Shown piece after piece: positions 24,911-37,557 of a DNA stretch of 64,000 nucleotides. A program made the position numbers and the translations under genes. Every line of letters starts with the position of its first letter. Position 1 is the first letter of the stretch. This stretch comes from Eledone cirrhosa (Eukaryota): NCBI GenBank assembly GCA_964016885.1, contig OZ024741.1, positions 268,212,001 through 268,276,000 of the forward strand, written 5' to 3'. The notes under the pieces are model-generated. The model did not search any database and was not told where the DNA came from. It was given only the letters and a program-made list of their open reading frames with translations.

Positions 24911-26056
24911 AGCTAACCCATTCAATAATAGTGTATTTAGGTCTGTATTACGCGATGTCTGTTTTTGTGTCGTTTCTTTTTTTTTTTAGACGATAAGGTG
25001 TCATTCGAGAGTGACTTGTGTGCTATTTCTGCAATGTCGAGGTTACGTAGTGGTTCCCCTATTGATAGGGTCGTAGCTCTAGGTCAGCCTGATTGACCAG
25101 ACACGTGATGAAAGGTGTTCCAGACATGATTAACCTATCTTTTATTCAGACATAGTGTATTCTGAACCACGTTATCTAACGTCTCCTTCCTCTTTTTAAG
25201 ATAGTAAAGTAAATTGTAGAGATTTGGCTGCTATTTCTAGTAGGACAAGTAACCATATAAAGGTTCCGTCGAGCTTTTTCTTGTTTAGCGCTAGATCAGA
25301 CCTGATCGAAGGCGTTCAGCCATTGTCTTCCCGTCTTTTATTATATCAAGGAATAGTCTCGGACATAAACTTCTTTACATAATACGTTAAGGTGTAATTT
25401 GATTTTAGGGAGATTTAACATGTCGAGCGACCACGTAGAGGTTACTTTGCCCCATCTCAGCCTTGATTGGGCAGTCCTCTGACCAAAGCATTCCATCCGC
25501 GACTATTTTGTATATCAGGGACTACATAGATTGTAAGAAGTAGTTTAAGGGAGGTTTGACTATTGTTTTTAGCAAATCAAGCGACTGCGTAGTGTTTCCC
25601 ACGGGGGTCAAGAGACAAGTTGTGCCTTTATTGACAGTATTTCGTTCCGAGATTAAAGAGTGCCAACTATCGGAACTCTTCACTAAATGAAGAACAGCAA
25701 AGTTGCTTTTACCCATCATGCAGCACGTGTGACCCTCAAACAATGGAGTCTTCTATTTTTTCTCAACTTAATTTCTTCTCGTTATTTTCAATAATGCTGC
25801 TTTAGAAACACTTATCAGCTTCACTAATCCCACCATGGGACACTATACATGAACATTAACCATTCGATAATCTTACAGTTCACCTTGCTCTCATAACATC
25901 CTATTTGCCGCCTTATATCCCGTCAATTTCAAATTTTCCGTTTCTTCTCTTCAAATCTCTCTGAATTTTCTTCTCCACACTCTAACAACTCCCTGACATA
26001 AACAGACTTTTTCCATCCCTGTCATATTATAGCTACAGTTGTGAACAACACCAATA

Positions 26057-26110
26057 ATGGATCCATTAAATACCCACTACTTCGCCACTGGGCTCACTCC
26101 TCAATTACAG
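26057..26110 (+). CDS. TBP: TATA-binding protein, first coding exon
   Basis: ATG...CAG|gtaagc, MDPLNTHYFATGLTPQLQ; TGLTPQ resembles the vertebrate TBP N-terminal YGTGLTPQ; phase 0 joins the next exon in frame. Confidence 0.7.
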
Positions 26111-28142
26111 GTAAGCTATATATCTGAACACTTCGTTTCCTACAACTATCTTCTCTAAACTGTAGGCATTCGGTGGATATTTTAACCTTGTCAACGGGCT
26201 ATCAATTGAGAAAAGAAAAAGGTTGTATTAAATATATAACTTTGAGTGGTTAACTAAGAAATTAGAACTAGATTCCCACTCGTTTTCAGTGTATTTGTGT
26301 ATATTGAACAACTAATTCGGTTGGGTGCAGTAGTCTATTTAATTATTCTCTATATATATAAATTACATAGACGGATATGCTATCATTTACACTGCGCCTT
26401 CTCTCCACTACCTAATTGAACTCCTTAGCTTGTCAGGTCTCCGTAGGAGTGGTCGAAGTTAAAGGGTTCGCATTCTACGTGGACATAGATATGTTATAGT
26501 TACATGCTTCTGCCTTTAGTCAGAGATTGATGGCGAAGTTTCTCCTAAATATTTACCTCCCATAAGCCATGCCATCAGTGTCAGGACCGGGTGTTAACAA
26601 TCCCTACAACCATGAAGTGTATTATTATATATGATATATTTGTCTTGGTGTAGATCACCTGATTAATTGTTGTAAATAACCACCAGCCTTTCATTTGACA
26701 TCGAATGTTGTCCACTGACGTAGAATCCCTATTGTACGTGATCTACAAATAACAGGGGGGCTTAGTAGACACAAGAAGCGGAGGGGTTGAGTCAAGGTAT
26801 TAGTGGTAAGTTACTATATCAACTATGAAAACCGTCTCATTTACTGATTCGGTGTTATCGACAATTGATTTCGGTGTTCCTTATAACCCTAACCTAAATT
26901 TATGTTAGGTTGGATTTGATTTGCGAGGATATAGCGAAGAGCCTTGATTTCTTAACAAGTGTTTAAAGAATAACAAACCCTACTGTTGCTGTTTAGCCCC
27001 AGGTCAACCCTTAATGAGCAAACTTATATATCAATGTCCTTTTTGCGTGTATCTCGAATTACATTAGCCCAACGTCACTTTCCCATCTTTTAAAGTCGGT
27101 CAGGTGTAATTTGAGAGGTTTGCCTACTATTTCTAGTAAGCCAAGCAACCACATAGATGCTGCCTCCCCCCTTTGGCTTGTAGGTTTTGTAAATGGGGCT
27201 GGTGGTAGTGTAGTGGTTGTTGTCTAGCTCTACCAGATGTCATGGCACAGACCTGCGTTTCTACCATGACCATCCAGTCTTTTTCAGATGTAGTTCATCT
27301 TGGACTACACTATCCAATGTATTCTTCATTTTTTTTTTTTGTTAAAGACAATTGGATGTACTCTTAGAGAGAGAAAAAGATTTGGTTGTTATTTCTAGCA
27401 GGGTGAGGCTGTCGTGAACAGAGTTTGCAGCAAACTGTACAAGTAAAACATTAAGGGACAGATCGACAGGCCTTTAATGAGAGTCAAATGAGTCAATTAA
27501 GTACTTCACCTCCGCTTCATATTAATTATTTCAATGGGTGTTGATTAACCTCCAAGCCTGAACTATTGTCAAATACTTTCCACCCATGACCATCCCGCCT
27601 ATTTTTAATATATATCTAAAACTACACTATCCAATGTTTCTTCTTTTTTATTCATTTTTATTTTTATAAGATTGTAGGGTATAATTCTAGAAAAATGTCG
27701 GTGCTATTTCTAGTAATTTGAACAACCGAATAAACCGGTTTGTATTAAGGAGTTGACCAGAAGTTAAGGGCCAGAGAAAGTCAGGAAGTGTTTCCACCGC
27801 TCTACCACGTTGCTATTCACGATAATTTTAAAAGTTACTTCGCATGGTAGATGGATGTTTTGTTTTAGCTTACTAAGTAGTTTATTATTTCTATATTTAT
27901 TTAATCATTTCTAAGGTAAATAATTCTTGATTAGGCAAGAATTGAGCCGGTTTGTATTAAAGTTTCGACACTGAGGCTGATTCTAGTTTTGAACTCCAAG
28001 TAGAGGAGTTTTAGGTCTCTACATAACATCCCGTAGTTTTTGTTTTGTTGTTGTTGTTTGTTCTGAAAATGTCTCCGTGTTCTCACATTTAAAACATGAG
28101 ATTACAATTCTACACCCCACCCATCCCCCAAATGTATAGTTT

Positions 28143-28340
28143 TATTATTACACCCATCTCGGGGAGGGGTGGGATCACAGAAAAGGAGTGATTTACGACG
28201 ATGATTTTAAAGACCACATTTTTTTAAAAGTTCATCTTCAAAATTCTAAACAAACCTATAAAGTAACTACCCTTAATTTTTTTTTGTGTGGGGGGGGGGG
28301 GGGGGTACTATTACTCCCGTTTAGGAGACGGGTGTAATAA
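28143..28340. mobile_element. Small MITE-like element
   Basis: TTATTACACCCATCTC ... GAGACGGGTGTAATAA terminal inverted repeat. Confidence 0.45.
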
Positions 28341-28523
28341 TGAAAAATTATCAAATATTTTTTCCAAAATTCATACATCTGAAACAGAATACAGCTCTAA
28401 CACCGTTAGGTTTGGGGTTAAAAGTTGTTTTTGTAATGTGTGTATTTTTCCAAACAGGGTCTGATTTAGCTTCAAGCTGATGCAATGTAGCTCAGTATGA
28501 ATTTTATGAATTATCTTTTCCAG

Positions 28524-28696
28524 AGTCCAATGGTGTCACCTGGCTTTAATTTATCTTCAATTGGATCATCACCAGTCATGCCTGGATCTAATTCAAGTGT
28601 CTACCCACAGCCGACATCAGCCACTGGGGCACCTATGACTCCAATGACTCCTGCTACTCCTACATCGGAAGGTTCTGGGATTACACCTCAATTACA
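28524..28696 (+). CDS. TBP: TBP exon 2 (N-terminal domain with PMT repeats)
   Basis: ttttccag|...CA|gtgagt; SPMVSPGFNLSSIG...PMTPMTPATPTSEGSGITPQL(Q). Confidence 0.92.
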
Positions 28697-29536
28697 GTGA
28701 GTTATCTTTTAGTTTAGTTTTGATTGTCTAAAGTATCTTGTTTTCAACATTGCACACACACTCTCTCTTTCCACACTTTGGTGCAATTACACTAGCATTG
28801 GTGCCACAATAAAATACACCCAGTTCACTTTGCAAACTGTTTGGCATGCTGAAATGTTCATGAAGAGTCTTCAGTTGTGTCCAGGACAAAACAACCTTTT
28901 TAGTGTTCATGCCATGATAAAATGAACCCAGTACATTCTGTAAAGTGGTTGAGATTAGAAAGGGGATCCTGCCATAGAAACCATTCCAAAATAGAATGCA
29001 TTTGAGGGGGAAATAATCACCCCACCTGTCTACGAGGGCAGTAGCTCTGATAAAATACTGACTTGATCTCTAATGAACCATCCATCCTATGACATGGTAA
29101 ACTTGACATAAAATGATGTGTGTGTGCATGTATATCATCATCATCATCATTTAATGCCCATTTTTTAACACTAGCAGGAATTAGACGTGTTGACCTGTTG
29201 TGAGACAACCAAGGTCAGATGACCATGCTTTGCTCATACAGAACAGGTTCTGGCTTGGTTTCTACAGCTGGATACCCTTCTTAATGCCAACTACATTTAC
29301 AGTGTGTACTGGGTGCTATTTGTCGCGACACCTACACAACCACTTTACAGTGTGGGCTTGGCGCTGTGTGTGAGTGTATATATATATATATGTATGTATG
29401 TATATAGACGTGTGTGTGTGTATATATATATATATCCAGGGAGTGTAACGTGAAGTTACTGTAGGCTCACCCAGGTGAACACTCGATGTTTAGGTTCACA
29501 TCAGTGGCGAGGTGTAGAGCTAGACAGAGTGTAATA

Positions 29537-29768
29537 TGATAAACAAGGACGGTTTGTTAAGCCTTCGTTACGTTTATTGATTGGTGACGCGCGTTTCGCT
29601 ATTGATCAGCTCAAGGTTCAATCTGTCATTACTACAACAGAGGTCCAACAAGCTTTTAATTTCAGAGTCGGGCCAGATCAATACAGATCGAACCTTGAGC
29701 TGATTAATAGTGAAACACACGTCACCAATCAATAAACATAATGAAGGCTTAACAAATCTTCCTTTTTT

Positions 29769-29773
<5 letters not shown>
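29537..29773. repeat. Fold-back inverted repeat with GAAAC-GCGC-GTC hammerhead-like motif
   Basis: ~90-bp arms, ~50-bp spacer; abuts (TA)n. Confidence 0.8.
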
Positions 29774-29813
<40 letters not shown>

Positions 29814-30029
29814 CAGTTAATATTGCCTAGACAAAAAGTATCTGTGGCCATGTGTAGATATAATAGATATAAAGGTGTAAGCAATGAACTTATATGAAGA
29901 TGGTAAAAATCAATTCCTTAAACCTATACAGCTGTTTTGAACTGACAAGAAATAATGCCAATTACCATTATTAGATAATAAGCACAATTAAGATGCATCA
30001 GTAGCAGCATCTTATTAAAAACATATAGT

Positions 30030-31790
30030 TCTGTCATCAGCTATGCAGTCAAAATGCAAACTGTGCACCCACATGTTGATGCTGCTTAAGTAGAAGGATA
30101 CAGGCTAGTGTCAGGAATGCTAAAAATAGCTCCTCATTAGGTCCATAATTCAGCTCAGAAAGAGGCCTGGAAATGTTACTATGAGAGGCTGATAAATATA
30201 GAAAATGAATGGGAGGAGAAACTACCTCCAACTTACCCAACAGAAAGACCAGCTATTGAAATTAACAGTTATAGGTTCAAAGAAGCAATGAAGAAGATGA
30301 AGAATGGTAAGGCTGTGGGCTCAGCAGAGATAGTTACCAAAAAGCATTGGGAAAAGTAGGAGTCAAACTAGTAACCCGCATAATCATTCAGGTAATACAC
30401 AATGGAGTCATACCCAATGACTGGCGCAGCAGTGCAATCTTAAATTTCTACAATGATATAGGGGATGCTCTAGAATAGAGCATCTATAGAAGAATAAAAC
30501 TAATAGACCAAGTTATGAAAGTGATGGAAAGAGTTACCGCACAGTTAATAAGGGAAAGAGTCAAATTAGATGAGATGCAGTTTGGTTTCAAGCCTGGAAA
30601 AAGTACTACAGCTGCTCTTTTTAGTCAGGCATCGACAAGTTCTAGCCGAGAATAAGCTGCTATATTTAGCTTTTGTTAGTTTAAAAAAGGCTTTTGACAG
30701 AGTACTTCAATCTATTATCTGGTGGTATAAGAGAGCAGTGCAAGCCATGTACAGGGGAGCTCGGGAGTGAGTTCATTGAGGAATTCAAGGTACAGGTAGG
30801 AGTTTTACCAGCCTACTTTTGTTCATCATAGTTCTCCAGGCCATAACAGACTGGCTGCCCATGGGAATGTCTCTATGTGGATGATCTGGTCCTTCCTTAT
30901 ACCTGAATCCATAAAAGAACTCTAGAAAAAAAGTTCCAACTATCAAAACAGAATTTGGAATCAAAAGGTCTGAGAGTAAACTTAGCCAAGACTCAAGTAC
31001 TCATAAGTAGGAAAGAAGATAGGATTCTGATTCCCTCGGAGAGGTGGCCCTGCTCAATATGTAAAGGTGTAAGCATAAAATCCATGTAAATCTTGGTTAC
31101 ACAAGAGATGTAGTGAGGTATCAGGTAGAGTAACAGGAAGGGAAAACTTTGTATGTAAAAGATGTACAGGGTTAATTGAAGAGAAGAAACCTTTTCCAAT
31201 CACATGAAGGATCTATAGAAGTGGTTGATAGCTTCTGTTATTTAGGTGACTAAATTGGCAGCAGCAGAGGGATGCTCTAAGAGCATAATAGCTAGAATAA
31301 GGGTAAGATGGGTGACGTTTAAACAGCTACTCCCACTGTTGACAACAAAAGAACGACTGTATGACACGTGCAATGCTGCATGGTAATAAAACGTGTAGTG
31401 ACTGTTGAGGATGTGTCGATTGTAGAGAAAGGAAGCAGCCATGCTTCGTTGAATGTGCAATGTAAATATGAGAGAAAGGTAGAGTTTGGATGAACTGAAA
31501 GAGAAACTGGGTTTAAGAGGAATCCGAAGTGGTATGCAAAAGAGAAGACTGCATTGGTACAGACGTGATGCGCATGGATGATAATCACTGGAAGAAGTGC
31601 CAGGAAATCCTATTGGAAGGAATCCACAGCAGAGGTAGACGAAGGATGACCTGGGTGGAGGTGGTGAGAGCTGAGACTCACAGAGGACATGAAAGGAACA
31701 CAGCAAGTGGAAAGATGTTGTGCTGAAGATGATCTGTCCAACCTATGCAACTGTGGAAAAAATGCATATAAAAATGATGATGCTGATGAT
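30030..31790 (+). mobile_element. RTE-clade LINE, 5'-truncated and decayed
   Basis: EMQFGF, KAFDRV, YVDDL RT motifs in broken frames; (GAT)n tail. Confidence 0.85.
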
Positions 31791-32199
31791 ATATTTATGT
31801 GTTTATATATGTTTTGTGTATATAAGTATGTATGTATATATTCAGTTAATATTTATATTAAATTTTTTCATCATAAATTTATATTCTAAATATCAACTTA
31901 CTAATGAAAAACTTAATAATTTCATTAAATTCCTCCAAATGTTTGGTTATTTTCAAAAACACATAAGCAGTATATTTTATTAATATGGTAATTAAAGGGT
32001 TAAAGAAATGACACTATTGTTCAGTAAATGTGATGTAAAATATATGTATTGTCATTGAACAGTGACCATCAATGGAATGGTTACAAGATGTCTGGACTTG
32101 ACATCTCGGTTGTTCCATCAAGAGAGAGAGAAAGGTCTAGAATTGTTTCTTATAGTGACATGTGAGAAATCTCTATATATTGGTAACACACACCGTGTT

Positions 32200-32481
32200 A
32201 CTAAAGTCTGTCTCGAGCATAGCTCATCAGGTTGGTGCTTATTCCGGTTTCCGTGGTGTGAAGTGACTGAGAGTTCAAGTCTTCCTCCTGGACAAGTCGC
32301 CAGTCCATCGCAGGGTTAAACCCCCCCAGCTATTGCTGGTACTCATTTTCAGCTGGGTATACTGGAGCAACGTGAAATGAGTGTTTTGTTCAAGAACACA
32401 ATACACAACCAGCCCAGGAATCGAACCCACGCCATTATGATTGTAAGTCCAACACCCTTACTACTTGGCCACATGCCTCCA
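32200..32481 (-). mobile_element. tRNA-headed SINE with V-domain-like body (family C)
   Basis: Minus strand GGTTCGATTCC B box and AACCCTGCGATGGACTGGCGACTTGTCCAGG; related copies 48135-48414 (-) and 49050-49310 (+). Confidence 0.65.
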
Positions 32482-32619
32482 CCAAATACATTTGATCAGA
32501 GTTTATTTAATAGCATAGCAAGTAGCAACATTCAACCAAACCTTCACCACAGTAGGGTCTCATATATCTAATATTGTGCCTAAATTAGAAATCAATAATT
32601 GTTGATATTTATTTATTAA

Positions 32620-32802
32620 CCCTTTAGCATTTACATTACTCTATATTTACTATTGTATTTTCACAGTAAAGGCTTTATCTCGCTTAAAATCAAATCTACG
32701 AGATTTTGAGAACAATACCTTAACATAAGTATGAGTAGCTGGTTTGAACAGAAAGAGGTGAGAGAATTCTGGCTGGATATGGCCAGTTTAAGTGATAAAG
32801 AG
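32620..32802 (+). mobile_element. piggyBac-type MITE
   Basis: TTAA|CCCTTTAGCATTTAC...; homologous to 10990-11210. Confidence 0.8.
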
Positions 32803-32904
32803 TTAATGATTTTAACTAATAAATAAAGAGAAATTAGATTTTTCTTATCATTTTCTGAATTGCCATGTTTAGTTATTTCATTATTGGTATTTCTATATTT
32901 GCAG

Positions 32905-33084
32905 GAATATTGTGTGTACGGTGAATCTAAGCTGTAAATTGGACCTCAAAAAAATAGCATTACATGCCAGAAATGCAGAGTATAACCCTAAACGGTTTGC
33001 TGCTGTAATTATGCGAATACGAGATCCTAGGACAACAGCTCTTATCTTTAGTTCAGGAAAAATGGTCTGTACCGGTGCTAAAAG
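32905..33084 (+). CDS. TBP: TBP exon 3 (core repeat 1)
   Basis: [59 protein letters not shown]; canonical AG/GT. Confidence 0.97.
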
Positions 33085-33488
33085 GTAATATTAATATTGG
33101 TTTCTAATTTGGGGCACAAGGCAGAAATGTTCAACCCCTGTGCTTGACTGGTATTTGATTATTATTGTTGTTGTTCCTTTGTTAGTTAGTATAATCTTAT
33201 TTAATTGGCAATAACACTAAGACAGTGTTGTTCATAATAGGGGTGTATCATTATCATCTCCATTTAACATCCATTTTTCCTTGCTGGCATGAGCTAGATG
33301 AGTTATCCTGTTGTGAGCAATGCTAGGTCGGGTGACCATGTCTTCATACAGAACCAATTTTGGCTTGGTTCCTACAGTTGGATACCTTTCCTACCGCCAA
33401 CCTCATTTACAGTGTGGACTGGGTGCTTTTTGTTGTGACACTTACACAACCATTTTACAGTGTGGGCTGGCTGTTTTTGGTATGTGTA

Positions 33489-33892
33489 TCTATATACTAC
33501 TAAAATTCTGTGATTGTGTACTTGTCTGTAATTTAATACAGCCAAAACAGCGCATAACGGGAAAATACTTTGAAAGGAAGTTGACCCTGAAATGGGAATG
33601 CAAATGGAATAAAACAAGTTTTGCATAAATCAGAGCACGGGCTCCCGAGATATGGCGTTTTTCCGGGTACCTTCATAGGGAAAGAGAGAGAGATAGTGGT
33701 TTTGAGAGAGCAGATTGAAAGTGAGATATAGAGAGAGCTGGTGGCAGTGTTGTGTATATATTTATATATATGTGTGTTTGTATATATATGGTCCTTTGAA
33801 TTTCATTTTACATTATATGCATATCTGTATATTTTAATTATTTAAAAATTATTTTTAAGTGAATGTGACCCAACAGGTCACGAGTGGACTAG
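33489..33892 (+). mobile_element. Non-autonomous Helitron
   Basis: A|TCTATATACTACTAAAA 5' end; GTGACC-caaca-GGTCAC hairpin then CTAG|T 3' end. Confidence 0.7.
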
Positions 33893-35778
33893 TATACAAT
33901 AAACATGAGAGCCTGCTTTCAAAGGAAAAATACTTTTTTCATTATGAAACATTTTTTTTTCTTTTTTGTTTCTGTGAACATGTCACAGATATCTTAGTAA
34001 CCATTGAGAATGCCAGACAGCTGTTTAAAGATTTGTTAATCTTTAATCAGTAACATTCACTCAACCAATACTCAGATGAAAATAGGCTAGAACCTATATT
34101 GATTTGGCATATTGAACATTTGCTGGAGGTGCTCATTTGCATATAGCAAATAGAAAATATCATCTGGAATAGCTCATTTACATATAGTGCAAACTTGGCT
34201 GGTTATAATTAATTGCCAGTGGCGCTAAGATACCGTTAAGTATAATAAGGGTGTATATGAAATGTATACAATTCGTTTTTATACAATGTCTTATCAAAGA
34301 AAAATATTTTTCGTTCATTTGCATAGATGACTAATAGAAAATTGTAGGTGTGAACAAATTATATTTTAGAGAATTGAATGAGTTAACTTTACATGTCTTT
34401 TTGGGTACAGTATATTTAATACACTTAGTGATTCTCTCATCACTACTTTAGTAAGTATTGTGAAGTCTGTGCTTCACTAAAGAGGACTAATAAGACTGAA
34501 ACATGGTCAGAGTTATCTTCCATGCTTATATTATTACAGCAATATTAGTCAGAAATTAATAATGTTATTTCACTCATCACATAATTATCTCTGGTTTGCT
34601 TTTTAATGCAGATGGAGTCTCTCAGTAATTTATTCTGTATTTATAATCTTGAGGTCTGGAAGGGTTGTTTTGTTGGGGTTTTTTTTAGTGTGTGTTAGAC
34701 CTTGGGAGCTAGGGTTGCGAAGTTTGAATAGGGATTGGAGATATACAAAACCTCAGGTGGTTGAAGCGCAAGTTTTTACAATCAGTGATAGTTTGTGGGG
34801 CCATGTCATATGCAGGTGTTGGGCCCTTGTGTATCTACAGGCTCACAGTCAATACAGTGCTTTACCCAGATATCTTGGAGCACTTCAAACTTCCATAAGT
34901 CAACAGGTTATTTGGTGACATAGAATTTCTGTCCCAGTATTATTTGGCACCTTTGCACAGTACCAAAACAACCATTATCTGGTTTGTTGATCATCAGATT
35001 AATGCATTTGTTTGGCCAAGTAAATCAATATTTTACAACCAGATGCTTTTCCTGACACCAACCATTTTAGTTTCTTATGACATATACTATGTACCTATTC
35101 TAAACCAAATACACTTGTGAGTATATATGACAGTCTTCCACACAGTCTCTGCCAAATTCCACTCATAAGACACTGGTCAACTGAAGGTTTCAGCAGAAGA
35201 CACGTGCCCAAGGTGCCATGCAGTGGCTCGAACCCTTGATCACGTGGTTACAATGCAAACTTCTTAGCCACATGACTATGCCTGCACCTTTAATTAAAAT
35301 ACTTTGGAGTAACGTTACTCAATAGAGTGCATAGCTTGGAGATCAAAGAGTCACTCTGGGTAGAGCTGTTCTCCACATTGAGAGATCACAGCTTTCATAT
35401 TATGGTCATGTGGTTAGAATGTCTCAGGAATGAATCGTTGGACAGATTTTACAGGCAAAGCCAACTGGCAGGCGACCTAGAGGTAGACTGCGAGCAAGAT
35501 GGTTGGATAACATTCATAAACTTGGCTGGTCTCATTCGGGGATCCAGCTGGATCAGTTGGAGACGGTTGCTTCTGACAGGACCCCCACTGGAAGAAGTGT
35601 TTGAGGACTCTGCTCCCACGACCCTCTCAGGAAGAAGATATACTTTTAAAACATTGCTTTGGCTTTGTAGGTCGGGATGGGGGTGGGGACTATAGACCTG
35701 CTGAGATAGTTTTAATTTTTTTAAACTTGTAAATATCTTGCAATAATTCCACCATTGAGGATGTGTTTTGTGTTTCAG

Positions 35779-35842
35779 TGAAGACATGGCGAAATTAGCA
35801 GCACGAAAGTATGCAAGAATTGTACAGAAACTTGGATTTCCT
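35779..35842 (+). CDS. TBP: TBP exon 4
   Basis: (S)EDMAKLAARKYARIVQKLGFP; tttcag| and |gtaagt. Confidence 0.97.
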
Positions 35843-36088
35843 GTAAGTATTTCTTATGAAGAATTCCTTATTGAATCATAGTTTTTGTTGTTTTATATTG
35901 ATGAAGAGAAACCCTGTATTCTTATTGATTTGTATCTCATGCAGTTCTCATCATCAGCAGATTGGATTCTGTTAGAGGCACCCTTAGGGCATAATGCTTA
36001 TATTTGGGGGGTTCAAACAACATATATGGGAACAGTTTAATTTTTACATAATTATCTCCACCATTAAAACTTACACATTGATGTTTAA

Positions 36089-37557
36089 CCCTTTAGCGTT
36101 CAAAGCGACAAAAACCGACAAAATTATGTCCCCTTTCATTTATTCAAACCGACAAAAACCGACATTTAATACCACACGGAGATTTCCTTTTAAAAATAAA
36201 CATTGACATCATCGAAATCTCATCGATTCGAGATTACTGCGAGATAAAGCCCTTACGCGCGAAAATTAACTCTTAGTATAGTTAAAGAACTTGCGATAAC
36301 ACGTGTTTTTAACGTTGAAAGTGTAACATGGCTTCCGAAAGTAGCGACAACGAATTTGAAGGTTTTACGTTCGACGACATTCGAGATCAAAAAGAAACAG
36401 AAGATAATATCAGTGATTTATCTTCAAACGAATCAGATATATTTATTTCTGATATATCTGATAATGATGATAGTTACTTTGAAAGTGAAAGAGAAGATTT
36501 GACTGACACCATTGAAAAAATAGCAACGTGGTTGAAAGAAACAACATCGATACATGTTTCGGATTTTACTGAAAATATTGGACCACAACACACATTACCA
36601 CCCGATGCTAAAGCACTGGATTATTATTTTTTATTTTTACCACAATCTTTCTTCGAAGTTGTGGCAAATCGCTATGCACAACAACAAATTTCTAATATCG
36701 GAAAACCCGATCTGTTATGTTGTCCGACAGATTCTGCCGAAATGAAAGCGTTTTTTACCATAAATATTATGTTTGGTATTAAACAATTTCCACGACTGTG
36801 GAATTATTGGAGTACTGATATAAGGTTTGGTGACCCTTATATATCTAGTATTATGGCAAAAACGAGATTCATTAAATTAAACCAGTATTTGCATCTGGTT
36901 GATACTTCAAATGCCCCTGGTAGAAATGAATCAAATTACGACCCACTGTACAAAGTACGACCATTAATTGAAATATTGTCAGAAAAATTTAAAAGTGTGT
37001 ATAAACTTATATATTGGGAACTTTCTATTACGTAATGTTACACCGTACATTTACAGAGTACATTGCCAATATTATTTTGACCGGTGAAAAGGTTTTATAC
37101 ATTTTTTTCAATGAAAATATTTGCCTGGAATGTAGAGAAAGACTTAAACCGTGTACTGATTACACCTGCATTTTTAATTAATTCACCTGTTCAGAAAACT
37201 GCTAGAATTGATGGAAATCAGCATCTAGGTCATTATTGGATTTTTTTGCAACAAATCTAACAGATAAGGCAGATAAAGTTTAAATTTTTGTGTTTATCCA
37301 TAAAGTTATTACTTTTACACCTGTTAATTAATTTCACTTGCCCATAAAAGTCAAATTTAACAAAAAAAATCAGGTAAAAATATATAATTGTAAATTATAG
37401 TTATTTAAACATCTACTGACAAAATTTCAAGTCTGCACATAGAAAATTAAAGTAATTACAAACAAATAAAATTGATAACCCTCTTGAGTATAATTAAGTG
37501 AAAATAATGCGAATAGATGAACATGACATTTGACAATTCAATGTGAATGCTAAAGGG
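36089..37557 (+). mobile_element. Internally deleted piggyBac transposon
   Basis: TTAA|CCCTTTAGCGTTCA ... TGAATGCTAAAGGG|TTAA; contains a truncated transposase ORF. Confidence 0.88.
36328..37035 (+). pseudogene. piggyBac (PGBD4-like) transposase N-terminal half
   Basis: Acidic N-terminus, EMKAF, NYWSTD, M.KTRF..LNQYLH, DPLYKVRPLIE; ends before the first catalytic Asp (IDE motif). Confidence 0.85.

Noticed and set aside
26575-26620. Possible extra TBP exon (MPSVSGPGVNNPYNHE)
   Set aside because: Weak donor (GTGTAT), no phase-0 acceptor in that frame, no recognisable homology
28497-28523. ATG at 28497 as the TBP start
   Set aside because: Falls in the acceptor region of exon 2; the upstream exon 26057-26110 explains the N-terminus better
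32205-32260. CTGATGA in the SINE C tail as a hammerhead
   Set aside because: Followed by GAGAC rather than GAAA and no stem I/III; more likely a LINE-type tail stem-loop
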